Shown here: in pieces, positions 1 to 11,979 of the stretch
Numbering within the stretch: position 1 is the first letter of the stretch
Layout of the letters: the number at the start of each line of letters is the position of its first letter
Program-made: the position numbers and the translations under genes
Origin: Lepidodermella squamata
Lineage: Eukaryota > Animalia > Gastrotricha
DNA: 64,000 nucleotides
Reading direction: 5' to 3'
Assembly: GCA_047495785.1 (NCBI GenBank)
Contig: JBLDXI010000036.1
Location: 1,054,001-1,118,000, forward strand
Notes under the pieces: model-generated
Databases searched by the model: none
What the model was told of the DNA's origin: nothing
The model's input: the letters and a program-made list of their open reading frames with translations, nothing else

Positions 1-698
1 ATCTCGATCTATCAGCTATGGGCGAATTTGGTTTACGAGCCTAAAACACAGCTTAGCAGGAAATTCGACAAGAAAATTATTTCTGGTGTGAATCTCATTC
101 AATTTCTTGATCTTTCGATGCTTTTGCTATCGCTAATGGGGTTTGCTGGTTTGATTGCCTACTTTTTCTTGACAATCAATAAGTGAAAAGACAACTTCTT
201 CATCCGCAAATTTTATTTTACTACACAGGTGGCTGTTTTGTTACTAATTAATGTATTGCTGAAATTGACTTTGCTAATAAATGAAACTCACATCCTTCGG
301 CGTGATTTACTATCGGCAGAAGTTAAAATAATTCATGGAGGAAAAATCTCACAAAAGCTAGCGAGAAATTGAAACTGCACTCGCTTATCAAAATCTACCA
401 TTCTATCGAGGCTCATTTTTCGATGTTTGAAAACTAAGACGGGTGATCGCGGTATCAAGCTATGCTACTCGGAGCCATACATTTTGAGTTTTAACTCTGT
501 TAAAGTTATCAAATCTGATAGGGACGTGTAAATTTAGAGGTTGGCCTGTACTCCGAGAGATCAAAATTCAGAATGAATCTGTATCCTAATGCTGTCGAAT
601 GGGGGTAAACTTATTTCAGATATAAGATTATTATCACCCTGTGCATGAGACGTACTATAGGACGCCGCGGCTTGCAGAGAATCAGAAAAAGCGTGATA

Positions 699-1798
699 CA
701 ATGCTCCCTCGATATAAGCAACCCCGATAAGAGCAATCCCTCGCTACTAGCAACTTTTTTTGGATCCCGTTGATTTTATTTGTTAAAAAATTATTTTTCG
801 ACAAATTAAAATTGTTTACATGATAATTTTTAATTTACATGAAGAATTTGTTTACGTTAGCAACAGAATTGTAACACTGCTCCTGGCGTTTTCGATTTTT
901 CAGTTGGACGGCGGCGCCTCGTGATCTCTTGATCTCCATCTTTACAGATCGATGTTTTTTATCTCAGCACTGGCTTCAATTTTGAGATCGTGCGCGCGCG
1001 TTTGCTCTCTCGTATTTCTTCATTCACAAACACTACTACTAGCCATTGATGAGATTTTTTAAAGAATGATAGTGATTACGCTACGGGTCAGAAAAAATGA
1101 TTTAAAAAGCGATAAAAAGCAAACCGCAGATTATCTACTGTTTGACCGAAGTGTTGAGAACAGATAAAGGTGGCATTCAAGCATGTTGTATTCTATCAAA
1201 GCACATCACGAGGAATTGCCGTGAATCTGTTTTAATTCAATAGAATTCTGAAAAAATAAAGTTAGGATGCAGCTTCGACTCAAGATTCAAGCAAACTTCC
1301 AACAAGATTTCCAAGCCAGGTTCGCCCCGAGTCCTTCAGTTTTGGTCACGGATTTATGAGAAAAGATGCGTTTCAACCTTGGATAGGTTTTAGGCATCAC
1401 AGGCTCCTAGCCGAATTTTACCTAACATTGTTCGCTTATCCGCTAGTGTATCCATGGTTTGTATTCGAACCAAATGGAATTGCTACATTTAATTCTAATG
1501 AAGGCTTTCAAGCTTTGCTAACCTTCCAATTTCCAAATGTGGATCAATTAATCATATCAAATTGGATCATACTTTGCATATCAAATACTATCTACCACAT
1601 CGAAAATCATTACATGAACACCAGATTATCTTGGATATGGCTAACCAGTAAAATCAACGTCGCCCTGGCAACTGAGAAAAAAACCTGGCGACGCATTTAT
1701 GATTCATCGCTAGCTCTTTAACAGCCCTCTATAAGAGCAACCCTCGATAAGAGCAATCGCGTGGATCCCGCCCCCTTGCTTATATCGAGGGAGCACTG
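699..1798. mobile_element. Non-autonomous Tc1/mariner (pogo/Tigger-like) MITE
   Basis: Terminal inverted repeats CA(A/G)TGCTCCCTCGATATAAGCAA at 699 and 1798, flanked by TA (697-698, 1799-1800); subterminal GATAAGAGCAA repeats. Confidence 0.85.
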
Positions 1799-1912
1799 TA
1801 TTTTTAATAAGATCCAAAGTCCAACTTAACCAATGAATCATCTCATTACACTTTTTGCAATCATCTCAAGCCACTTTTTGTGCTTAAGATCAACGAGATC
1901 AACACATCTTTA

Positions 1913-2306
1913 ACAGCATCTCGCCGATCTTTTGCTGTAAATTAATTCTCAGCAGTTTTTAATTATTGACATTTAAAAAATTAAAATTGTATAAATTGAA
2001 AAAAGTTTAATTTCGAAATTACTGGACTAAAAATTAAATCGTATGCAGGGAATAATTATGCACAGCGGGTGGCAACCGAGGGGTCACATGAGACGTACTA
2101 TAGGACGCCGCGGCTTCAAAGCTCTCATTACATGACCCCTCGGTTGCCACCCGCTGTGCATAATTATTCCCTGCATACGATTTAATTTTTAGTCCAGCAA
2201 TTTCGAAACTAAACTTTTTTCAATTTATACAATTTTAATTTTTTAAATGTCAATAATTAAAAACTGCTGAGAAATAATTTACAGCAAAAGATCGGCGAGA
2301 TGCTGT
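1913..2306. repeat. Near-perfect palindrome, two 174-bp arms (1913-2086, 2133-2306) with a 46-bp spacer
   Basis: Arms are reverse complements with only a few mismatches; spacer contains a 30-bp exact copy of 644-673. Confidence 0.9.
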
Positions 2307-2495
2307 GTCAGGGGTGCTTATTGACGTAGACCATTTGATGGGCCCATCGTGCGAAAACAACACCGCCTCAGCCAGGGATCACGTCAGCTGACGACAGCTG
2401 AAATCATTCGCGAACCCGTTTTCACGGCTCGTAGCGCTACTAGCTCATTTTATCACTCATCATTTCAATAGTAACTTGGATTAACATCTCTTAAC

Positions 2496-5407
2496 ATGCA
2501 AACTAAAGTTATTTCTTTGATCGCACTGCTATACTGCTCCGCTGTTGCGTACGCGGGCTTACCTCCCAAATTTACTACAACACAGATGTGTAAGTCGAAT
2601 CGGAATTTCTATCAATTATTTATTTACGAACGTAAATCGATCCGTTATTCCTTTATGAATTATGCATCATTCATAGTTCCTGGCGCCTTTTATCCAGGGC
2701 CGACAAGTAAAGGTGGATTCACTAATGTGCGACATCGAATCCGCGGACGAAAGCCGACGGATATTTACGGATATTCATCGTCGTATGCGCACGGAGCAAT
2801 GAGAGGTGCGGGCGCTGAGATAAAGTTGCGCGCGACTATTTTTTACAATTTTTTTATGAGGCAGCAAAACAAAACCGAGAAAAAACTATCTAATCATGTT
2901 TTCTAGTAGGTACAGAGCTGGAAAGAATGCAACATTTCCTGCGAACCAATTTTCTAATTTCCTAACATTTCCTAGCCAAAAATGACTCATTTTCAATCAA
3001 ACTCATGCAATCAAACTCATGCAATTTCTGCATTTCCCGAACGAAAATTTCCTGAATTTCCTATATTTCTCAAAAATTTTCTGCGGACCAGGCACGCGAC
3101 ATTGCATGTTTTCCAGCTCTGAGTAGGGAAGTCGATATTTTCGACACCGATTACCCTACGTAAGCGTGTTTTCATTAAATTTTTTAAATTTTCAAAATTT
3201 ACTTGTTTTCACTCTGCGCGGCTTGTATGTGCGCGCTCCTAACCGTCTCGCGGAATATCGAGTGCGCGTACAACTTGTTTATTTTAATTTTTCGCGCAAG
3301 AACCCCATGTACTTTTAATTGAGAATTTTTTGAATTTTACTTTTGTATAAAAACTGCCATGATTTTCGAAATTTGGCCTTTGACATCAGCGCGCGCGGCT
3401 AACGTTTTGGTGAACATTTTGACTTTCGCTCACAAGTCCACTTTTATGTCCTATTGCCCACTTGATCGGGACACCTAACTACGATGGGCCCGGCCTGGTT
3501 TACCTTCTGTCGGACGACTCTATTCCACTAAAATCGCGCCTGTGATGCGGCACACCGGGTCCATACGACAAAATCCACCTCAATAGGCCACACTTACCCT
3601 AATATTGGGTTAAATATGTTGCGATTGAGAGGGTTGAATGGTCCAGTGATTGCAATTTGCCATCAGAACTTGTGTGATCTGATGAGCGACCATTCAACTC
3701 TTCATAAAGCAGCATTTTTTTGCTTCGCATTTAATATTGTTGATTTGTAGATAATTTTCCTTTTTAATTATTTCAAACTATCACCACGTGTCCCGGCATT
3801 TTTTTCGGGAGACGCTTGAAAGTTACTCAGCTGTAAAACTACGAAAAAAACGGAAAAGCCAATTAAAAATAATTGAATATGGAAAAATCAACAATATTAA
3901 ATGCGAAGAAAAAAAATGCAAGAAAAAGATCACACAAGTTCTGATGGCAAATTGCAATCACTGGACCATTCAACCCTCTCAATCGCATACTCAAAAACCC
4001 AATATTAGGGTAAGTGTGGCCAATTAACCCCGGTAATTGAGTTTTCCGTGGGGAAATTTGGTCTCAATCGCCTAGCCATACCTGTGCATCGCCTGGGGTC
4101 GCGGTTTTTTGTTCTGACATCTACGACAAAAATGGCCGTAGGAAAAAATGTCATCTTAACATGAAACCTCGTTATTGGTTCCAGCTAATTCAATTGAAAG
4201 AGGTCATTTTTACCTCCCTAAACTCACCTTTATACAACAACATGCTGTGACCTCATTTTGGAAGCACATATTCAGGCCCGCCTAAGTTTCCTTCACGCGC
4301 GCACTCTGATTGGTCGGTCACGCGCTCAATGAATAATAAAGGAAAACTTTCGAATTTACCGGCGGTTTTTATATCAAAATGAAATTCATTAAATTTGGAA
4401 TCGATTGAATATGGTGTTCTCGCTCGAAAATTGTTTCACGTGCATTCAAAGTAATGCGCGCACGCACTAGTACTTGTGAGCGTGCGCGTTAAGGGAAATT
4501 CAGACGACAAATTGTCATCACACGTAAAAAAAAATGTTTTACATTTTTCGAGCGAGAACACCATATTCAATCGATTCCAAATTTAATGAATTTCATTTTG
4601 ATATAAAAACTACCGCGAATTTCCGAAGTTAGCCTTTATATTGCGTGTGTGCACGACTTTAACTTGTGCGCGCGCAATTCCGTCCTAAAGATTCAATAAA
4701 TTTCAATTTCAAATGATTTATTCCATACGAATTTTGGATAAGATTATTTAGTTTTTACTGCTCTGTCCAATGTGCTATCACGATCGTGGAAAAAGTTAAT
4801 TATAAAAATAAATTGGGGTATAATTCGAGATTTTGTTAGCTCGCGTTTTGCGCGCGCTCACACGTGTTGCGCAATCGCGCGCACAAAACTCCAGCCAATC
4901 AGAGTGCGCGCGTGGAGGAAACTTAGGCGGGCCTGAATATGTGCATTTTAGAACATAGCTGGCTACAAATGTTCAGGCTTGTAGAAGGCTTGTCCTCGTA
5001 TCGTCCTCGTAAATTTTCGTAGTTTGGCCTAAGAGTTTTCGAGCCATCGATAAAAACGCGAAAACCTCGATTTTTGGCCAATTAGCCCCAAAGGTTCATT
5101 TTGCCCCAAATGACGGTAATCTTTGACTCGTTCGCTGATTGGTCAATTTATTGTTGCTTTGACTCCGGGATGAAACAATTTAGTAGTGCGATCGCTAATA
5201 AATTATTTTATACACCCAGAATTTCTACTATTTAGCTCCAGCAAATGCATGGACCTATTCGTGGTATGTTCAAGCCGCCAATAAGCCAACCGAGCCGGCA
5301 ACAAGTATGTGTCATTAACATTTTCATCTTGCAGATTTTTTCTGCGTTCCTAGTAATTATTTAAATAGCTATAATATTCATCATCGTGGCACTCGAGCAG
5401 AGAGTGA
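2496..5407 (+). CDS. Small secreted micro-exon protein, family copy A1 (possibly degenerate at the 3' end)
   Basis: Signal peptide MQTKVISLIALLYCSAVAYAG. Exons 2496-2589, 2677-2706 (30 nt), 5236-5304 (69 nt), all phase 1. The last-exon homologue (~5388-5407) lacks the AG acceptor seen in paralogue A2. Confidence 0.6.
2913..3121. mobile_element. hAT-type MITE
   Basis: TIR CAGAGCTGGAAA/TTTCCAGCTCTG; 8-bp TSD AGTAGGTA/AGTAGGGA (7/8). Confidence 0.75.
3586..5118. mobile_element. DNA-transposon-derived dispersed repeat (second copy at ~43097-43863) with an internal hairpin 3586-4021
   Basis: Shared sequence ending GGTTCATTTTGCCCCAAATGACGG-TA in both copies; inverted arms GGCCACACTTACCCTAATATTGGGTT. 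Confidence 0.65.
4264..4944. mobile_element. Mutator-type MITE nested in the previous repeat
   Basis: Long TIRs GCACATATTCAGGCCCGCCTAAGTTTCC; 9-bp TSD ATTTTGGAA/ATTTTAGAA; the empty site is visible in the 43.7-kb copy; a partial TIR also at ~45249-45291. Confidence 0.8.
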
Positions 5408-7609
5408 ACTTGACATCTTCATTGCTACCGAATTTATTTTTTTCCAAAATTATTTCATTCTCGATTATGATATAAGAGCGCGCGCAAAAATTGAAGCCAT
5501 GAACACTTTGCAGTATAGTATATGCAAATGCATGTAAAAAATGCATATTCTTTATAGTCGTTTCGACATTTAGTTGCTAGTTTAAGTATAGCAGATACGT
5601 TAATTTCAATCCGACTTGAACACTCGATCAGCGCAATTATTCGCGTGGTTCACAATAGGATTTCTAAAATTCTGTGTTGACTGCAAGGTCTCATTGCAGT
5701 TGAAGATAAGATGAAGAAGTTGCTAAATGAATAGTTGTCGTTGTATCTGAAATTTTATTTTTATCTCGTAAAATCATACATTTTTTTATTCTTCAATCAG
5801 TTCATATATTCATCACGCTCAGATGCGTCGAAAATATGTTCAATATCTTTAGCGGCGCGCCAAAACAACCACTTTACTATTTATAGATTTTATATGGATA
5901 GTACGATCGAGAGTAGAAAAAAATCAGTGCTCAAATGGCCTATGGTACTTTATCATTACGTTCGGCGACTTCAAGTACGATCGAATGAATCATCTAAGTG
6001 GTTGTTTTGGCGCGCCGCTAACGATATTGTCTTTTGTGACCTCGGTGTTTAGGTTTTTGTAAATGTGACGGCAAACGACGTCATTCACTTCAAGGACTTT
6101 GAAACTCTCTTTCAATAACGAGTTTTTCGTACGGAATATCAGTGTAAAGTAATGTATAAGGGCTGTTATCATCAATGTTATAGATGGCGGCTCTATATAG
6201 AATTCTCGCGCCACGAGTTCATTCCTGGTGCTAGTAGGTAGATTTAGAGCTATAGAAGAGCTATAGAACTAGAAATTAATTAAAAAATTAAATTAATTAA
6301 ATTAATTAAATTAAAGACAGACTTGAATGCCATTAACCCTAATAGATGATGTTTCAAATCTGTAACTTCCAGACCTAATTTTCACGTAATAAAAGCTCCG
6401 AGAAACGGTTTCAGAATTGAAGATTTCGAATTTACAAGCCCTGCTCGTCGAAATAATCAAATCATCGATCAGTCCGAGGCAAAGGTTCTCGGCCAAAAAT
6501 TCTTAAAATTGCCGAAGGTTCATGAATAAAAATGGCAAAATTGCAGTAGTTAGTTTAGTCGATTAAAATTGGATAACTGAAAATACCAGACAAATCGTCA
6601 AATCAGTCGATTGAATTCCTTAAAATAAGTTTATCGACTTAGCACAACAACAAAATGAAGGTCCGATTCAGAGCCGATTAGATCTTATTTGCACGAACCT
6701 TGCCTGCTCTAAGTGGCTAAATCGGCGATGAGTAATTAAATGTGTTGAATAATGACGATGACTTGTCCGAGCCTGAACCCAGGGGCGATCGAAGAGCCTA
6801 GATCGATAGGCATAGTCGCAGTTAAGATGACTCGGGCTGTTTTGATGGCCACCTCGGCCTATAGCTGTGATCGAATCTCCACGATCATTGTTGATAGATC
6901 TTTATTCGCTCATGCCTTTATTTCTAGGTCTACTGATTTCCGACTGGGATAATTTAGCCACCATAGCTACTACCCTCGACACATCTGAGTCTAACAATGG
7001 CCTCGTTAGTATGTGACGTCACCATGCCAACAACTCATCATCATTATCAACCAAAATCATGTCGTTTAAGTTCTAATTCGGTATATTTAACACCCAATTC
7101 CCAAGCTATTTTTATTAACATATAATTTCAGAGGTAACGGTGAAACCTTGTCGCAAGGCATTTTCGTTGTTTCGTTGGAGTTGCTGAGATACAATGGATG
7201 TTATATAGATATAGATGGAAAAATAGAACTTCATCTGATGGTGACGGTAATTTAGATAGAAAACGATCGAGGGAATGATGGAAGTTAAGAATACTAATCA
7301 TTTATAGCCTGCCGTTGTTTATTTTTGCATGTGTTATGTGAGACGGTATGAAAGGCATGTGTTAGCGGGTGTCCCATACCTTTTCCAACTTTGTTAAAGC
7401 TTTATGTTGTTAAAATAAAATGATTTCAGGCGGCGGGAAGAAAGCATTTTCGTTCACTATAAAAGGCAAATGTCACGGGCTCCAACAAAATTCGTTTTGC
7501 TTTTGTCGTCCGGTCACGCAATCCACGCAATTTGGCTTCTCAGACTATACGCTTAGCCGATGGCCTCTATCCACACAGCAATTGGTATAAGTAACTACGT
7601 GCATTGAAG

Positions 7610-7759
7610 CAGGGTGCGAAGTAGGATCCGGGAGCTGAGGTGTTTTCTACTTATTTTCTAGGACCCAACCGAAGAAACCAAAGGGTCCCCCCTGTGGTTT
7701 TTTCAGCCTTCCTCTGGTTGGAGTCGCGACACCCCAGCTTCCCTTTACTTCGCACCCTG
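7610..7759. mobile_element. hAT-type MITE (150 bp)
   Basis: TIR CAGGGTGCGAAGTA; perfect 8-bp TSD CATTGAAG (7602-7609, 7760-7767). Confidence 0.85.
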
Positions 7760-8478
7760 CATTGAAGTAAAACATGTGCATGATCTTTCTTTCGCGGTAT
7801 TAATAGATGCAAATTGCCGTTCCTGGCAGTTCTTGGACTGTTTCCGATGTGGTTGACAAGACCTGTTTCGACCTCTCAACTGTTTACCTGCATCCTAGAT
7901 GCTACCTATGTTGTCATGGTTTTCTTTCAGAAGCAATATTCAGGTAAGATTCTTACATGGTAAGTTGTCGGCTGCCCACAAGGAAGCATCTAGCATAGGC
8001 TACTTTAGCTTCACAGAAGTTCCTACCGCATTAATTTCTTGTGATCCACCTTCATAATTGAAACATTTCTTGCTTACATTCTCCGGTTTCTTACAGTATT
8101 TAATAACACAAAAACAAGTTAAAGAATTAATAAACCGATAAAAATTATAAGCGCATTTTCTCGAAGAGCAGCGCTGCAAAAAATGCACAAAAAACAACAA
8201 AGCACCATTTAACATTTACCACTAAAACTCAGCTTTTACTATAATTCAAATTTACTAATAATTCATCCTACTATGGCTACATCCTACTATAGTTGTTGTT
8301 GCCGCTATATGCCATCGCTATTTACATAGCGTTATGCGTTATGCCGTTGATCACAAGGTATAGCGATGATCGCGCGGAAAAACATCGACAGCTGATATCA
8401 CTTTTTCACGTATTCGCTGTAGTATCACATCATTTCTTCACTTTTCAATTTTATCTTCGAGCATCTAATAATTATTTA

Positions 8479-8852
8479 GGGTAACTATGCCATACCTGTT
8501 ACACGTCCTAACTTGTTACAATCCGTCGTTAAAGCCACGTAGCTCCCCCAAAGTAATAGATATACCATTAATATTTTTACAAATTTTGGCTCAATTTGAG
8601 GGCCACGGATTGAGGGCGCTAGGCTCACTGTAACAAGTTAGGGCATTTGGTACCTGTGCGACCTAACCCACTTTGCGCGCCCGCTGTTACGCAACCATAA
8701 GTGACAGCAATGCGAGCTTTGCGTCATTCGATAGCGCGTCTGTCATAATAGGTGTGGTGCAAATTTTGTGCGAAAAACTTATGAAATGAGGGCGCAGTCG
8801 TAAAAATAGCGCGAAAAAGACGGTTTTTGTAACAAGTTAGGCATAGTTACCC
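8479..8852. mobile_element. MITE inserted just upstream of family copy B1
   Basis: TIR GGGTAACTATGCC flanked by TA; absent from paralogue B2 (~36920). Confidence 0.8.
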
Positions 8853-9561
8853 TACCCGTGGATAAAACAATAGTTTCTTGATCGCAGTGCTATGCTGCCT
8901 GGCTGTTGTGACATGCACGGGAAAAAAAAACCCATGAATTCATCGACCTGCCACATGAATTAAGTGTCGTCCCATGAATTCAATTACACTTTTTAGCAAA
9001 ATTTTCATGCGCATGAATTTTTTATTGAAACATTTAAAATAACTTAATCCATGCTGGTGAATTCAGGGCTCCAACAATTAATTAGTTTTTATATTGTTAA
9101 TTAGGCAAAAAAAGTTGTGCATATGCAAATGAGCTGTGAGGATGAATCAAGTCCCATCCTAGAACCACTACGTTTTTGAAATCGCGTTCAACTTATTATT
9201 TTTTTCTACTATCAATAAAGTGATACCATCTGCGATTGAATATTAAATTTTCTGAGGTTACTGTCGACACGCTTTCTGGTGTAGCTACTAGAACGCGCAC
9301 ATTGGCTCATTAAATTACTAACTTTGCAACTCTATTTCTCTTAGTAGATTGGTTTCGCGTTGACCATATACGCGCTGCGGCTCATTAAATCAGTCCGTTT
9401 TATTCGAAAAATATACAAGTTTAGCTTAGGCCTTCTGCCACATTACAACTTGGTATACTTTAAGAGCGTTTCCTTAACGTTTGGTGGTATTATCAATAAA
9501 GAGTTATCTTTTCGATTAATTCAAAGCCTCATCTGCTGAGGCCCCCCTCTGCTGATAAGGT

Positions 9562-11979
9562 ATGGCCTATTCACGGCCTAATTCTCGAGGCCAGCCTCGA
9601 GGCTTAAATCATAATGTTAACGAAAGACATCTGAATCCGAACGATCACTACGATGACCGTTTCGCCCAAGTCGAAAGACGTCTCGAAAAAGTTGAAAAAA
9701 TGTCAGGTCAAGTATCATCGATCGAAGCTATGCTGACACAACTCATGTCGAAGCTACAACCCCAGGGTTCTACCGATCCACGAGACCGTCAGAACATCGG
9801 TCACCCCAATGTCTCGAACCACACTTTGAACCAACAAGCCCCAAGCCACGACCGTCAGAACAACAGGCAACCCATTGTCTTGAACAACGATTTGAACCAA
9901 CAAGCCCTAAGCAATGACTGGCAACATGACAGTTATGCCGAACACGTTGATAATGACTTTAACGATGGCTGGAGCTCGGACAACCACGGTCATAGTCGCC
10001 CTCAACGCCTAAGCCGAGAACAATATCAAGTTTCGACTAGCAACAAGTATGACGCCCTAGCAGGTCAAACTGATGATGCCACGATTCAGGAATTCCTGGA
10101 AAACCGAATCTTGGCTTCGGAGCATTTAGACCCTCGCAAGGTCCATGAAAAACCGCACCAAGATCGATCGAACCAAGCTTTCAATCGAAATAGTCGTCAA
10201 GCGGCTGGCTATAAGTCAGGTGACACATCTTTCCGCGAAGCTGATAGACCCGACCGTAAGTCGATCAGCAGTGGATCAAACGACTCCCGCGAAGAGATTG
10301 AAGGAAGAAGAGGCGAAAGTGCGCCCTTAGACGTCGGAAGCCCGAAAAACTTGCCGAAACCGGCCGGAGCAAAGAAACGAACGAAAGGCGGACCAGCATC
10401 GCCACCTGACCAGACCGACCCGAACGACAAGAAAAGAGCTAAGGCCAATGACGGGCTCGCAATCGTCCGTTGGACAGCTAAAAACTTTGGCAACTACCTA
10501 TTCGATTGGAGATGCATACACACTGACGAAGAATTCGAAGAAGCATGGGTTTGCGAAACGCAAAGTTACTACAATCAAGCAGGTAGTCCAGAAGACAAAC
10601 TGAAACTACTGTTTGGAGCCCCGAGTAACAGAGCTGCGAGCAATTTTTACCAAACCTTGCCTAAGCAAGGACAAATCGAAATCGTCACAGCTATTAACAG
10701 GCTAACCCCGGCTGAACAAGTGAGGATGCATATTGCGTTCGAGAGAGGAAACGGCGGGACAGCTCCGACTGAAGACCAGTACGTCGAAATCGCCCCAGGA
10801 GAGAAGGCCCGACTCACGAAATTCGTAGAAGACCTTAAGGCGGCAAGAACCGTGAACGAGCATGTCGACCCCGACTCCGACGAAGATGACATGGAAACTA
10901 ACGGCGAAGAAGCCGTATCGGAACAGGAAGAAGAAAGTGAAGATGAAGAAGAAGGAAAACGGAAAGAGCCCAAACCACCACGTCAGCCTATGGGTTGGTT
11001 CATCGATCGAGTACAAGGGTACACGAACAAAAGGGATATACTCGAAGAACTTGAGCGAATTGCACCAGATATCGAGTTGAAGCGAGTCAGCCGCTTGGAA
11101 AGAGGAGGCTTCTTCGTGCTCCCACTTGCCAAAGACCGCGAAAAGTGCGACAAAATATTCGCAGAGGGTAACGTGCCAAGTGATGCCTTCAAAGGCCAGA
11201 AGATTTCGATTCATCGTCCAGGCCTCCAAGGTCGTGTCATCAGCCCCGAAGAAGCGAAAAAGGTTGTTATCAAAAGCGTCGACCGAGAATTATCGATCGA
11301 AGATTTGAATTACTTCTTGGAAAAAGCCGGTTACCACCCGACTGAAATTTTCTGGCTCACACCGGAGGGCAAGCCAACAGGGCTTGTCAAAGCCGTCTTT
11401 GCAACGGAAGAAGAAGCGAAAAAACTGAAAGAAGCCGGAAGGATAAAGATGGCGTCTGTCGTGTACTACACAACCAGCTCCGCTCCCAAGCCGTCGGTAC
11501 CACAGTGCTTCCTCTGCAGAGCCTGGGGCCATGTGCAAGGTGCGTGTCAAGAAATGACCAACATGGGAAAAGATGCCGCAGAAACCGAAAAGGTCAATTC
11601 GCTTCGAGTCTGTGCTAAATGCGGTGAAAAAGGGCACCACCACTCAAGTTGCGTATCCGAAGCACCTAAGTGTATAAACTGCTCTGGTAATCACGCTGCC
11701 ACCTCAAAGCAGTGCGAGACCTACCTTGCAGCCCGCAAAAAACGAGACGAGGATACCAAGAGGGCCGAAGAAAGGTACTTTGGTAAATCATCCAAATCCT
11801 TCAAACCGGCACAGCCGCCAAAACAGAACCCCTGGGAAAACAAGGTGAAAATTGACCACTTGAAGGTCATCATGACTGTGATCGGCCAAGTCCTACCCAT
11901 GCTTCAAGAAAAGAAGTTGAACGAAAAGAAAATTTCTGAACTCGTCAAAAGCGCTCTAGGCCTACATATACGTTCATAG
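9562..11979 (+). CDS. LINE ORF1 gag-like nucleic-acid-binding protein (805 aa)
   Basis: Three zinc knuckles CFLCRAWGHVQGAC, CAKCGEKGHHHSSC, CINCSGNHAATSKQC preceded by an RRM-like segment; N-terminal coiled-coil-like stretch and a 22-aa tandem duplication. Confidence 0.92.
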   Translation: MAYSRPNSRGQPRGLNHNVNERHLNPNDHYDDRFAQVERRLEKVEKMSGQVSSIEAMLTQLMSKLQPQGSTDPRDRQNIGHPNVSNHTLNQQAPSHDRQNNRQPIVLNNDLNQQALSNDWQHDSYAEHVDNDFNDGWSSDNHGHSRPQRLSREQYQVSTSNKYDALAGQTDDATIQEFLENRILASEHLDPRKVHEKPHQDRSNQAFNRNSRQAAGYKSGDTSFREADRPDRKSISSGSNDSREEIEGRRGESAPLDVGSPKNLPKPAGAKKRTKGGPASPPDQTDPNDKKRAKANDGLAIVRWTAKNFGNYLFDWRCIHTDEEFEEAWVCETQSYYNQAGSPEDKLKLLFGAPSNRAASNFYQTLPKQGQIEIVTAINRLTPAEQVRMHIAFERGNGGTAPTEDQYVEIAPGEKARLTKFVEDLKAARTVNEHVDPDSDEDDMETNGEEAVSEQEEESEDEEEGKRKEPKPPRQPMGWFIDRVQGYTNKRDILEELERIAPDIELKRVSRLERGGFFVLPLAKDREKCDKIFAEGNVPSDAFKGQKISIHRPGLQGRVISPEEAKKVVIKSVDRELSIEDLNYFLEKAGYHPTEIFWLTPEGKPTGLVKAVFATEEEAKKLKEAGRIKMASVVYYTTSSAPKPSVPQCFLCRAWGHVQGACQEMTNMGKDAAETEKVNSLRVCAKCGEKGHHHSSCVSEAPKCINCSGNHAATSKQCETYLAARKKRDEDTKRAEERYFGKSSKSFKPAQPPKQNPWENKVKIDHLKVIMTVIGQVLPMLQEKKLNEKKISELVKSALGLHIRS

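Noticed and set aside
1356-1721. 121-aa ORF
   Set aside because: Lies inside a non-autonomous MITE; no transposase or other motif
11925-11979. Canonical -1 slippery heptamer between ORF1 and ORF2
   Set aside because: The A-rich run AAGAAAATT lies before the TGA at 11937 in the ORF2 frame, and none fits within the overlap
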